Source of the DNA: Octopus bimaculoides
Lineage: Eukaryota
Length of the DNA stretch: 64,000 nt
Assembly (NCBI RefSeq): GCF_001194135.2
Contig: NC_068982.1
Span: forward strand, 45,052,145 to 45,116,144
Reading direction: 5' to 3'
A program made the translations under genes and the position numbers. The notes beneath the pieces are model-generated. The model searched no databases and was not told the DNA's origin. It saw only the letters and a list, made by a program, of their open reading frames with translations. This document shows, piece after piece, positions 12,501-27,500 of the stretch (position 1 is the stretch's first letter; each line of letters starts with the position of its first letter).

Positions 12501-15500
12501 GTGGTGGTGGTAGCGGCAGTGGTAGTTGTTATTATTATGTATGTGTTTATGTGTTGAGTGCAATTATCTTACACTGAATTTAAACAGTTAAATTTACAGT
12601 TAATTCCATAAACAACAATTCAATTATCAAAACACAAAGATATATATCAATTGGGTTATTTATACCTGTCGGAACATCTCGGGGAAATCATAAACATATG
12701 TTGTCCCGCTAGACTGGGCTTGAAAGCGTTTCAGCTGTAAATGATCCTTTGTCATGTAAGGAGTGCTTGTCAAAAGGCCATGGTATGGTCCTTGTTTGGT
12801 GCCGTATCCTTGAAACATAACCTAAAATGAATACAATATATTTATGTTTATCAGTAAACATTATTCAAAACACTCATTCTTCTGTCTTTTTTAAATCTCA
12901 GTCCTTTTAATAACTTAATTTTTCTACATAAACACAGTTTTAAATAATTACCCAATTATCATGCTAGTGTGACACTTAAACCCTTGACTTCCCATTGAGC
13001 TCTAAGCTATCAAAGTTTCCCCAACGTTCTCAACCCTTAGTTGTCTTTTCTACTTCTCTCCAGTTAGATCCCTACTTCTCCAGCTATTTTTAGGGGCGCC
13101 TCTTTCCCTTCTCTCTTGTGAGTTCTAAGTCAAAGCCTGTTGTATAATGTAAGGTGTTGATTTTCTTAAGATGCGGCCCATCCATCCCCACTTATACATC
13201 AGGATCTGTTATTCCACCAGCACCTGCCCTACTTTCTGCTGCAGCTTTTCATTTCTATCTTTTCCAGTCAACTAATTTGAAGAATATGCCTCACACAGTT
13301 ACTGATGAAGGTCCATTATCTTCTGTGATGTCTTTTTAATCCTTCTCTATTTCTCTGATCCACAGAGACAGATAGACTTCACTATAGAGCTGAAGCTACA
13401 CTTTGTTTTATCTCCAGCTTTAACCCTTTCGTTACCAACCTGGCTGAAACTGGCTCTGGCTCTGAGTACAAATATCTTGTTTTCATAAGTTTTGAATCAA
13501 CATCTTCCACCAAACCTTAGTCACAATTTATGTTCCTAACATTAGCTGAATGATAACTAAGTTATTTTACTAAATCCTTTGTTATATTTAAAGTAATTGA
13601 AAGAAACTCAGAGCATCTCAAAATAAATACAGTAATGAAAGGGTTAATGCTAGTGTGATAAGTTTCCAAGTACTCATGGTTTTTCGATGTGTTCTCACAA
13701 ATTTGCATATCCTTAAAGCATTGAAGAGGCACAATCATTAAGGAGCCAGACCGAATACCTTGTGATATACAGTTACACCTTTTTTCAGAGTTCAAATTCT
13801 ACACTGGCTTCATCTTTACCCACTCCAGTTATGTCCTGGAGTGAATTCGATCGATTCATCAACTTTCTTATGAATTAATGGCTGCATACTGAATGAACAT
13901 TTATTATTCGTTCATTTGACTAAAATTTGATCTAAACCTCAAGATCTTGTGTTGTAATATCTCACATAGGGAAATATCTCTTATATACAGTTCATCATAC
14001 ATCTAGGATTCAGAAGATGAACACATTAAGGAGCCAGACTGAATCTCTTGTGATATGTAATTACATCTCTTTTCAGAGTTCATGGACATCAAAACTCCTA
14101 ATTTATATCATGTCAATGTAGAAAAATATCTCCATTGTTGGCAAACTGGCAGAATCATTAAAGTGTTGGAAAAATGCTTTGCAGTATTTATTCCAGCTCT
14201 TTACATTCTGTGTTCAAATCCCACTGAGGTTAGCTTTGCCTTTCATCTCTCAGGGTTAGTCAAGTACTGGAGTCAATGGTATCAACTAGCACTGTCCCAT
14301 TAAATTTTCAGATTTTATGCCTAAACCAGAAACTACTTCCAACTCACTACGCTCTGAGTCCAAATCCCACTGAGATCAACTTTATCTTTCATCTGTCAGC
14401 GTCAATAAAATAAAATACCAACTAAGTACTGGGATCAATGGTTTGGCTAACACCCTCCCCTCAAAATTAAAATGCATTATCATTAAAATTATTGTTATTA
14501 ATCAGCTGTTGATGGGTACAATTAAGAAAGCAGCAGACAAAACTGTATTATAAGTTGTTTATTGTGACAACCTAATGTATCAAACTACTTGCACATGGTT
14601 TCATGAGTCCAAATGTTGGTATTATATGATGTATCTCAAAAGAACAGTACTGAACTTATATATTATTCTGCTGTATATATTATGTTCAGCTTCTGACCAA
14701 AATCCATCAACCATTTTAGTCTGTTTTTAATACTGTCAGCAGACAATGGTTATCATTATGAATAGCATGCAATGCTCATTTATTCACATTGTTTTGAATC
14801 AATCATGCATTATCTTGAAACTCTGATATTGCAATGATGTGATTGTATATTTTTAGAATGACATTGTAAGAAGCCAGGTTCTGACATTTTGGACATAAAA
14901 GAGATAGAATATTTGAGCCGGGTATAGCCAGTTCGAATATTAAAAGATTAAACACATTACACAGCTTTCCATCACATTATTGTTATTATTTTGGCCGGGT
15001 TCCAACCTGAGCCATAGCAACAAAGTCTACCTGCTACACTTCTCAGTCCACCATCATTGATTTGATGTCCTGGATTCATTCCAGGCCAGTGTCTGCAATC
15101 AAGTTGTCGATGTAAGTGTGACAACGTTTTCATCTTCTTACGTCACTATGAAGTGGGTTCCACAAGACTAATTTGGATGCTTCCAGTAAAACTGGTTAGT
15201 TAAGAATAACTGTGCAGATGTTTTGCAACCTTAAGCAAAGAAACATTTCCCAAAGCCAGAAAACATACTAAGTGTACAGGCAAGTAATGCATTTCAGTAA
15301 CATATTTTGTTTAGCTAATACATAGTGAATTAACACAGATTAAAATTAGTAATACCTACCAAACCTGTTTTTGCATCTGTAACCTCTCGGTAAAGAGATA
15401 TATCTAAATAATATCCACTCTCATTGGTCACATTTAGTCGAATCGGGAAGCTTGAACCATTGGAATGTAGTCTGGAATTCAAAAGAGAATAATATTATAA

Positions 15501-18500
15501 CATTTCTTTGTTATGGTTTTCTAAAATTAAAGCTGTCATTTTTTTGGGGTTTTTTTTTTCTTCTTTTCTTGATGAGATAACAGTCTAAATCAGTGTTTCC
15601 CAACCCATGTTTCCCCCAGGCTCCACAATAACTTTCCATAAAAGTGTATGCCCCATGGTGGTTGGGAAAAAAACAACTTTATTTTTAATATTTTATCACA
15701 ACTATTTAATACAAAACAATCTACCGGTAACTCTTTTTTTAAGTACAGAGTATAAAAAGAAGTACATTACTGACTAAAAAAAAAAAATTTTCACAATTCC
15801 ATGCCCCACTAAAAAAAAGAGAAAAAAAAATTGGGGAGCCCATGCCCCATCACAATTTTCCCAGACCCCACCATGCAGTGTATGCCCCATATTGAGAATC
15901 ACTAGTCTAAATTTTAAGAGAGAAAAAGTATAAAACTACAAGTAACCTGTGAAGAGTAACTTTAAATGCATAAGTAGCTTGATTGTGTACTTTACTGCAA
16001 GTATTTCAATACCGAATATGTGTTATTGAGTAACTCTTATTCCTTGGTTTCCAGACTAAATCCTTTTATTAAGTTTTCTTTGACACAGATTTCTCATTAC
16101 TTCATGGACTTATTTAAAGAACTCTTTAATTAAGAACAGTTGCAGTGCAATGTTAATATTTTTTATTCACAATAAGGCGGCAAGCTGACAGAAACCATAG
16201 CATGCTGGGTGAAATGCTTAGTAATATTTCATCTGTCTTTACGTTCTGAGTTCAAATTCCACTGAGGTCGACTTTGCTTTACACCCTTTTGGTGGTCAAT
16301 AAATTAACGTTCATCATCATCATCATCATCATCGTTTAACGTCCACTTTTCATGCTAGCATGGGTTGGACGATTTGACTGAGGACTGGATAGCTGCACCA
16401 GGCTCCAATCTGATCTGGCAGAGTTTCTACAGCTGGATGCCCTCCCTAACGCCAACTACTCCAAGAGTGTAGTGGGTGCTTAAATTAACATTATTTACAT
16501 TATTTACATTTGACAGATATTTGTCCTCATCTTGTTTGTTAACACAGCGTTTCGGCTGATATATACCCACGGGCATATGGCGTAGTGGTTAAGAGTGCGG
16601 GCTACTAACCCCAAGATTCCAAGTTCGATTCCAGGCAGTGACCTGAATAATAATAATGATAATAATTATAATTACATCGAAACTATACCTTAGGAATGAG
16701 AACCCAGGTTTGAAATTTCCCCAAGCCACCTGATGAAGGCTAGAGGGTATATCAGCCAAAACGTGTTAACAACAAACAAGATGAGGACAAATATCCGTCA
16801 AATGTAAATAATGTACATAATCCTTCATCTCTTAAATATAGATCAATAAATTAAGTACCAGTTGCATACTGGGGTCAATCTAATCGACTGGCATCCTTCC
16901 CAAAAATGTTGTGCCTTGTGCCTAGAGTAGAAAAGAATATTTTTCATTCACTGATAAAAAAAATCTAAGGGAGATTTACTCACCGAATCATAAACTTCAG
17001 TTCTGAATGCATCACACGTAGTTTCCACAGTCTGCTACCATAACGCATTACGATATTCCGTACTGTATCTTCCAGCTACAATATATATATATATGTATCA
17101 TCATTATTATCATTTAATGTCCATGTTTCCTGTTGGCATGGGCTGGACTACCGACACACACATGCACAGATATACACATATCTGTGTACATGCACACACG
17201 TGTGCATGTATACACACACACGTCATCATCATCATCGTTTAACGTCCGCTTTCCATGCTAGCATGGGTTAGAAGATTTGACTGAGGACTGGCAAGCCAGA
17301 AGGCTGCACCAGGTTCCAATCTGATCTGGCAGAGTTTCTACAGCTGGATGCCCTTCCTAAAGCCAACCACTCCGAGAGTGTAGTGGGTGCTTTTACATGC
17401 CACCGGCACAAGGGCCAGTCACATGGTACTGGCAACAGCCACACTCAAAAAGGTGTTTTTTACATGCCACCTGCATGGGTGCCAGTCCAGCGGCACTGGC
17501 AACGACCTCGCTTGAATGATTTTCTAACGTGCTACCAGCACAAGTGCTAGAAGGCGATGTTGGTAACGATTACGCTCAAATGGTGCTATTTACGGGACAC
17601 TAGCACGGAAGCCAGACAGCTGATCTGGCAATGAACACGCTCGGACAGTGACACATATATATGTATATTTACACTCCTCCACAGTACACACATTTTGGTA
17701 AATGATTAGATGGTTAGAAAAGCTTTGAGTATTACCAATATGGCTTATAAACCTACAAGTAAAAATAGAGGCTGCTAGCTCCATGATAATTATTGTAGTG
17801 ACCAGACATGCACAATCATATACACTGTATCCATATCTAACTAAATATAACCAAAATAATCACTAAAATTCTACTTATTCGTACACTTTCGGACAGTATA
17901 TACTTAGAACAGTCCTAGATACAAAATGTTTAGTGAGGAGAAAACAAAAAAAAAACAGAAGGGATAGTCACAGTTGGAAAGCATTAGATCATAGATCTGA
18001 TTTAGGGGTAAATAACTACAAAAACAAGCAGACTTTTGCGCATACCCCGTTAATGATAGAATTCACATCTTTCAAAAGAGGAAACAAAAGTAAAAATCAA
18101 GGAGTCATTTAACAATTTCTCACCTTGCCAGGTTCAGACAGAGTCAGTGTTGGTACAAAGTTCAAAAAGATATGATTGCAGTCAGTTCTTTTAGACTGAA
18201 AGAGAAGTACAAGTTTGGACAATGAGAGAGGGAGAAATAGGAAGAAAGAAAGAGAGAGAGAAAGAGAGCTGTTATATGATTTCACAGTTAAGCATCAGTT
18301 AACTGAAGTCTAAAATGAAAATTTTTTAATAACTTTTTAAAATTACAAGCCTTTTCCAACAAGTATAATTAATGCCAAGTGTATGGGTAATTTCTAGAAT
18401 TAATTAAATATTGTCTTAGAGTGATATATTGCAAAATTAAATTAAATACCAAACAATTCTTACAAATGGATGTGAGAAAGCAACTTCAAGAGCATCCATG

Positions 18501-21500
18501 GCTTCAAGCAATGTCCGTTCCCCTTCATTTTGTAAATATTCAAAAGATGCTTCCTAGGAACAAAAATTTAAAACAAAAAAATCCAAAGTTTTATTTGATG
18601 TTAAAAAATATATAAAAACAATATTTAAAAAATATTAAAAAAATATAAAAGGACAAGAAAATATAGGGAAGAATTGAAGTGTTATTGATATGTTATTGGT
18701 CCTAACTGCACCAAGGCTATATGTTGTATAGATGACAGAATTGGTAGCATATCAGAACAAAACAGCTTGTGGTATTTGGATATTTCCCTTTACATTCTGA
18801 GTCCAAACCTCCAACAAAGTCCACTTTGTCTTCCATTATTTTCGAAGTTGATAAAAATAAGTACTGGCATCAATGTAATCAACTATTCTCTCGAAAGTGG
18901 CACTTCCAATCAAATGAGTGGAAACAATAAAAGAAATACTGAAGATATTGTAAAGGGCAAGCGAAAACAGTGTTGCATATAAACAAGCATTTAGATCAGT
19001 TCAAATATGTTTGAGACATATTTGACCTGTACAAAGGATGCATTCACAGTTAAATTAGCTGTGGAAAGCCTTTCTTGCTTTAGGCAATAGGTTGTTGAAA
19101 AACACCAACAATCATTTCAAGGTGCCTTCCTTCAGCAGAACAGTGATTGCATTTCTAGCTCCTAAGCAATGATCAACACCACGTAAACTACAAGAGAGAC
19201 AACCTTAAATTGGCTCTGGAAGCATTTGTTTCTTTATAGTATATCAGCATCAAAACATGAGCTGGTCACACACAACATTGGCACTGGCTAAACAAAATAT
19301 AACAGTGAGTGCGTGAAAACAGTGTTGTCAATGAACAAACATATTTGAAGTGATCTCAATGTTTGTTTAAACCAGTGGTTCTCAACTGGGTCCATATGAC
19401 CCTTGGGGGTCTACATAAGGTTTTGCTGTTAAAACTTATGTGCAATAAATTGCTTACATATCAACAATGCACAAAATATTCTAACATTTTTTATAAAATT
19501 CCTAAATATTTAATTATAAAAACATAATAGCATTTTTCTAAACATCAACTGACTACGAGGGTCCACCTAAGTAAAATAGGAATCAAAAGGGTCCATAGGT
19601 AAAAAATGGTTGAGAACCAGAAAAAGTAAAATAAGATATGCTTAGCAAAATACAGTTACAAATAGAAACAGATATAGAATTATATATAGAAATAGTCTAA
19701 AAGTTACATATAAAAAAAATTAGCCTTTCTAAAGCAACAACTACAGGCAGTTTATGGTAAAAAGGCTTAGCTAAAGACTTATCATATGAAGTACATGATA
19801 TGTTATTCATTATGAGCTGAATTCAAATTTAATTACAGCTTTTCTAAATGTTATTGTTGAAGACTTTACAATGTTATGAAGAATAAAAACAAATGATTTT
19901 TTTTTTTTTTGCATATCCAATATTTCAATTAATCATATCTTGTGAATGATTAAAAAATATATAAAACAAACCTTTGTGACCAAGTCTGAATGACGAATAA
20001 TAGAACGCACAAAGAATCTATAGTCAGTAACTTCTTGGCCTTTTGCAACCTGTAGAAAGTAATAAAAAGGGGATGTGACATTTAGCTATGCAAAGCTAAT
20101 AAAAGATAAAATGGAGGTTAAAAGTTAACTTGATAGAACAAAGGACTGCAACTAATAACAAAAAGAAAACTTTAAACATAACACTGTCATTTTAAGAGCA
20201 ACTTAACTAAACTATTGCCTAACTCTGCAAAATCATTTTTAATTCAATAGCAGATGATAATAATATTGGAGTACCAGTGAATGCAAATTCACCATACTGC
20301 ACAATCGTATTGTCTGGACCAATATAATAGACAGTTTGATTTGCAAAGTTATGATTTCACAAATATGAGAATTGCTATCCTAAAAAAAGGTTACACATTA
20401 CTTGCAATTTGGTAGTTCAGGAGTTCTTTAGTAGATTTAAAAGTTTTATGGTTCTGGTCAGTGAAGTAATGTAAAAAAATGAAGCTATGTTACTGTAAAA
20501 GTAAAACTGAGAACAATTTACATGTTGAAACAAGGTAAACTTGACCTACATAGGACAGCGACATCTGGGGTGGAAATGTGATGCAAAGGTATAATTTACT
20601 AAACTCACCTTAGCTTTTCCCAAGTAGAGATGCATCTTATGGTTGGCAGTGGGAATAGCTTCAAGATCAAAGTTTCTTAACCGATTGATCTCCAATTGGA
20701 ATGCCAGGGCAGGTTCAAGATGGCGGTAAATTTTATCCTCTTCAAACTAAAGCAAGACACAAAGCAACAAATGCATTACTATTAGGACAAAATTTATTAT
20801 TATAATCACTAATAACAAATATAAAGAAGTTCAAATCAAATTTAACAATATAAGCTAAAGTAATAAGGCTATTATTGTAATTATATATTTTGTATATTCT
20901 TATTTGAACGGTCAGTTTAAAAAACATGGACATTTAAAAATGTCAGTTGTCAAAAGACTAATAGTAAAAATTACATACATACAACTACATCACTTTTATC
21001 CTGTCTTTGAAGTACAAAATAAATGTTTGCATTTTTCAAACTGAAACTTAAGTAGAACATGTGAGAGCTAAAGTTTTTCTCTATTGAATAGAACTAATTC
21101 TTATAAAATAATAACAGGCATGTAACATAAGGTTTACAGATACTATGAATATGGCTATGTAGTTAAATATGGCCATATAGTTAAATAGTTTACTTTCCAG
21201 TCAGATGGTTTTATCATGTTGCATGATATCAGGTTGAGACAAGTTTTATGAATGAAACTGAGTAGACAGAAACTTTTCAAAAGTCCATCAGTTGGTCTTT
21301 AATCTGCTCTTGGGTGTAGACTTAATCTGTTGTCCTGTTTAACACCATCACCTGTCTTTTGAGTGCTTATGATAAAATATAGTTTGCTGCAAATATTCAG
21401 ACCCAGTTTTCAATCTGAAGATAAGTTGATGTCTGGATATGCTGTTTACTAATATAGCAACCTATGTATTGTGGTTGTTACCTCTCTTTCCCACCAACAG

Positions 21501-24500
21501 ATTATTTGGAGGTCCTGCAAAAAGGTCACAGGTGGTGCTACTACTCCTCTAAAATAATTTTCTTCATTTTTGCTTTTTAGACCAGTGGATCTTGAAGCAG
21601 ATAAAGCTATAAATAATCCTTTCTACTATAGGCACGAGGCCTGAAATTTTGGGGAAGGGAGCAAGTCAATTACATCAACCTCAGTGCATAACTGGTACTT
21701 ATTTCATCGCCCCCCCCCTCCAAGGATGAAAGGCAAAGTCGACCTCAGTGGAAGTTGAACTCAGAATGTAAGGACGAACAAAATGCCACTGAGCATTTTG
21801 CCCAGTGTGCTAACAATTCTGCCAACTCACCTCCTTCATAAAGCTATAAATAACAGCATCTATATATCAAGTTTAAAAACCCTTTGGACAGAAAAGTTGA
21901 AGGTTGTCAGTGAGACTTGAATCCACATTTCCTGTAAATATGACAGGCATTCTATCAACGGACCACAGCAATCCAAATTTCTGATGTCAACAAAATTTAC
22001 AATAATACTGTGTTGTATTCATAAACACAAATGATAATTTCATTATGTAAATATTAAAATAGAAAATAGAACAACTTACCCCAAAACGGGCACGGAAAGT
22101 GAAGAATTGAGGAAATTCCCGCTGAAATTGTAAAACATAAATAAACTCATTATAAATCTCAACTATTTCTTCCTGGGTTTCCTATTCAGTTTATTCAAAT
22201 ATTTATGAAGAATTAGATATGGTTGAAAGTTATGTTCCACATAATGTGTGTGCATGGCACCTCAAGCACATGACTTCTACTATAGCGCCTGATCCAAAGC
22301 CTTGTGAATGGATTTGACAGATGGAAACTAAAACAAGCCCATCATATGTGTGTGTGAATGTGTATGTGCATGCATGTGTGTTTGTGTCTGTGTTTGCCCC
22401 CACCACCACTGCTCAACAACTAATGTTGCTTTGTTTAAGTCCCTGTAACTTAGCAGTTCGGTAAAAAGAGATCAATACAGTAACTACCAGGCTTAAGGTA
22501 AAAATAAGTACTGGGGTCAATTCATTTGACAAAAAATTCTTCAAGGCAGTGCCCCAGCATGGCAGTAGTTTAAAACAGATAAAAGATGCTCCAGCATTTA
22601 TCTCTTTTACCAGACCCCCAACCCTACCCCACTTACAGTGTGTCAACACAAGCTCAAGCTACATACTCAACATAAAGACAACATTAATCTACTAGAGAAA
22701 AACCAAGCTGAATAGATACACTTCTAATAAAAACTAAACATTCTGACAACATTTAACAACAGGATATTTCATTTTATTTAATAAATTAAAGAGAGGAAAT
22801 GTAATTTGGTTTACCTTAAACAGAACCAAGAAAGTTATTCTGCGTATGCCCTTTTCACTTAATATTTTCTCCTGAAATAAGAAAAGAAATGTATAAAAAT
22901 AAATTTTAGTTCATTTAAAAAGATATATATAACTGCTAGTATATTAAACTAATTATTTACACAGCATTTTTTTTTATATACCCAGGCCTATTCCCCATTT
23001 TTTTAGGAGTGGGTAGCCACAACAAGACACACACCAGGCATTCCATTCATTTCCCAGTTCAAAGAGGCAAGCCCCATTCTATGCTTGGGTCAAAGCATAG
23101 AATGCAACCCCCAATATCAGCAGCTGAGCCTGATAGTATATGCTGTGTGTGTGTGTGTGTGTGTCTTTCTCTCTCTCTCTCTCTCTCTCTGCAATATGTT
23201 TGGGCATGTGGAAATACTACAACACTTGGAAACAGGTAGGAGCTGCCAGCAGGAAAGGCATCTAGCTGTAGAAGATCTACCTGAATAAAATTTTGTCCTA
23301 CTATGTAGGCATGGAAAAAGTGGACATTAAAATGATGATGATGATAAATACAAAGACCATTTGGTTTAATAAAATAATGTGCCCATAATATAATAGATAA
23401 TTATCATCATCATCATTATCATTTAATGTTCATGTTCCATGCTAGCATGGGTTGGACGGTGTGACAGGATCCAACGGGTACAAACACTGCACTGTGCTCC
23501 AGTGTCTGCTTTGGTATGGTTTCTATGGATTGGTGTCCTTCTTAATGCCAACCACTTTACAGTGTATCTTGGGTGCTTTTTTCCATGCCTCAGACACTAG
23601 TGAGGTTGCCATGCATATCATAAGTTTACAAAATCCAAGGAGAGACAGGAGGCACCCTTATGCTAGATGGGGTTAAGGTATGAGAGAAGGGATTGGGACA
23701 GAGTGGGATTTTGTTTCAGAGGCACATGACTACTCACATTTATGGGAGAGAGTGAGAATGAATTAGTAGTTTCTCCAAAGAGATAGATAGCAGTGAAGGT
23801 GTATACAGGTGGCACCTCAAGGTACAAGGCAAGTAGAAGTGATTAGGGACAGAGCAGTTGAGAAGTTGGGGAGAGGGCAAGAGATAGAGGAAATAGGAGA
23901 GGAGAGGTAGACAAAATCTGTGAAGATTGGGTGGGGTTAATTTTTTCCTATGATAAAAATATTGGTTTTGTATTTATTTGAAGAAATTCTTCGTTATTTG
24001 AAGAGTCAGGTACTTTAGTGCAAGATCAAAATTTTTGCGGACTAAATTATTGACATTTCAATTCCCAACTGAACCAGTTACTTACATTTCGAATGCTTTA
24101 AAAGACATAAAAACACAACACTACACTTTTTTTAAATTTATTTCTCCAGCTATAACTTAGATGTTTTATACCAAAGTTTTTGAAAAATCCTTCATATTAC
24201 AATAAGAACCACCAACCTTCTCTTTACAGAACTCTTGAAATGTTTGAGCCAAAGTTTCATCATCCAGTTTCTCAGAATATTTGATAGACACATTGATAAT
24301 ATTAATAGGCTCATCAATGTCAGATGTACTCTATATGGGATAAAAGAAAATTCATTTACTGTTCATTTAGAACACACAACAACCAAATAATCGAGCAAAC
24401 ATGATGAGTTAGAATAGAATTGCAAAACAAAATATTACTATTAAAAAAGGATTGCATAACTAAAATTACTACTAACTTGTATAGAAACAGCATCTTCCAT

Positions 24501-27500
24501 TCCTGATTGTAAAGTCTTCTGTATTAAAGGAATTTCAGATGCATCTTCATCAGAAAACCTCAGCATTAATTCATCAAAATATCTAAAACAAACAAATTAT
24601 AAAAAAATCAATGAGAATGGGAAACCAGAATTACATCCCAATAATTTGTTCCCTTAACAAGAACTGAGTGAATTCACTTTGCAAGAACAATTTTTATAGG
24701 ATTATAAATTATTTATTGTTACTATAAAATAATTTACTTCTACAATAAGAATAACATTAAATGGTTTCATATTGGTTTCAAATTTTGGCACCAGGCCAGT
24801 AACTCCAGTGCTCAACTGGTACTTATTTTATCGATCTCAGAAGAATAAAAGGCAAAGCTGACTGAGGCAGAATTTGAACTCAGAACGTAAAGACAGACAA
24901 CATGCCACTAAGCATTTTGTCTGGCATGCTAATGATTCTGCCAGCTCACTGCCTTAAATATTCCAATATTTAAAACAAAAAAAAATACTTTTTTTAACCC
25001 TTTTGATACCAACCTGCTTGAGATTGCCCCAATTCTATAATACAAATTTCCTGTTTTAAAGTGATTTAAATTAAAAACCTTCTCTCAGACATGTTAATTT
25101 ATGTTTCAAACACTATCTTAAAAACGACTAAGTCATTTTACTAAATTATTCATTATTTTGAAAATTAACTGAAACAAAAGCAGTGTGTTTCAACAGAAAT
25201 ATGGTAACAAAAGGGTTAAAGATTAATAACCGCAAAAAGTTGGCAATTGTAATCAGAAAAATAAAAAGCTACCAAGGGCGATGACAATAAGAACAGATCA
25301 ATTAGATATGTCGGGCAAACATTTCAGTGGCAATGTCTCATTCAATACATAGTCTACAAAGTTACATCTATTACAGAGACACAGCTATCCTTTACATTTT
25401 ATGAGTTTTCTATGAAACATAAAAGCCTTTACTAGAGACACTTGTAGCATATCATACATAATAGCAACTTTCTCCACTGTATTTATCCTAGCTGTTCCTA
25501 ATGTTTTTAATCTAAATCTACGACCCACTAGCCTAAAACAGAATGAGATATTACTGACAACTAATAAATTCTGAGTTTATAACCATTTGCTTATGCATTT
25601 TCTTGGACACAATAAAGCCAATCTAATTCAAAATCTTTTGATTGACTGCCCTATTTTCTGAAGTTTGTGCTGCAGATGTTAGAACAATTGGCATCAAATA
25701 AGTTCCATACATTTTTCCAGCGATAACCTTTCAGATATATATTATATTCATTCAAGTGGATTAACATAACCATTAAAATTACTTTTGATAATGAAATTCT
25801 GATCATCAACTTTATCAGTAGCACTTACTATATACTTGAAAACAAAAATGGCCCATTCATTCATATGTTAATCTTATTGGTAAGGTGTATATATAAAGAT
25901 TACAGTGGTTGTTACATTCTCAAACATAATTGTGTCACTGACATAAATTACAATAATCCTCTTAACAATAAACCCAAAACCACAGTTCCACAATTAATAC
26001 ATATCTTAAATATGCCATTCATCTGACTGTTTTGTAAGAGCCCACCAGCCTACAGAAGAAACCTGGTTAAAAGCTATTTTCCAGGTCAACAAATTCAAAG
26101 CAAAGTGATTTATTCTGTATTAAGAGTCTCCTGCAGCTCTCAACTGAAATATGGATTTTGTGGTTTCATGTTCTGATACAAACCTAAACTGTAACTCTAA
26201 CCTGTACAAACTTTTAACTCTCTCAACTACTTTCAAAGCTTTGTTTATCAGTTTGAGATCACAATTGCTTGTCTCCAATACATCACTTTTACCTTTGAAG
26301 TAGTCGATGATATAGTGTCAGTCCTTGGGGATTGCACCTTTTAATAATAAGTATCCAGAATATAAAAAAAAATAGCTTCCAATTCATCAAACTGTACACA
26401 AGATTGTTTTGTGCATGTGTGTTGTGTGTGCATGCACACTTGTACGTTTAGTCATACAAAAACATAAGTGCTTCATACACCCTTGTATTTGAAGTGTGTA
26501 AAGTGTAATGTATGTATATATAGCAAGTGATATTAACAAACCATTCCTGAAAAATCCCCTTCAGCCAGCCTTGTTAGGGCAACAGTACATTGTTACCAAC
26601 TTTGTTAGGGCAACAGAATATTGTTGCCCAAATAGTATACTAAGTTAATAAGATAAAAGGAATAAAATAGGTAACTCATTAGATATTTCTTTCAACCCAT
26701 TGATGTATGTATTATCACTCAGATGAAGCTAGTAGTAAACTTCATTTAGTTACTTACTCTCTGAGTTCTGCAAATGATGAGAAAGCAGCAACAATACCCA
26801 TCCTCTCAGTGAGCATGGAAGACTCATTATGATCCCATTGCTGTTTTATATCATCTTTTGTTATGCTGCCATCAAACCGCATTACCATCAATCTGGAAAA
26901 GAAAAATATATAAAGAAGAAAATCCATTAGAACACTCGTCAACACAAGAACACCAACTAGCATTCTCCAACAGGTTGATCCTTTATAGTGTTTCAATGAA
27001 AAAGCCATATTTTTAAAACAGATACTGTCAATGATGGTAATTAAGATATTGCTATATGTTACATACATTTGTAGAGCCTTCTAATAATATTTAACTCACA
27101 TTGGCTGATAGTTTGTGTTTTATTGCTTCAAATAAAAGAAGAGAAAAACAAAATATTTTGCCAACCTATCAATCAAGCACAGCACTACTTATTAAATTCA
27201 TCAGTGAAGTCAAAGACACTACATCATCTTCCTTGTTAAACTTCAGAACCAAATGTACTTCATCTTCTTTCTATCTGTATTACCAATAGCAACATAAGAC
27301 ACTGCTTCCCTAAACTTAATGCCTAAATACCATCTCTCACACCTCTTCCTGTCGTCCTGAATGAACTTCATACCTCTCAACTCTGTCCTAAGCACTTTGC
27401 CAAATTCTGAATCCCTATAACTGAAGCCATCTGAAACCCCTGCCTTATTTAAGTTTACTCTTACACATACATGCAAATAACCGACTTTCAAAAATTCATG

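Noticed and set aside
16571-16645. tRNA gene with apparent ACT anticodon (also 32031-32101)
   Set aside because: A and B boxes are present, but there is no proper acceptor stem or Ser variable arm, and it is fused to a repeat body, so it is a SINE head.
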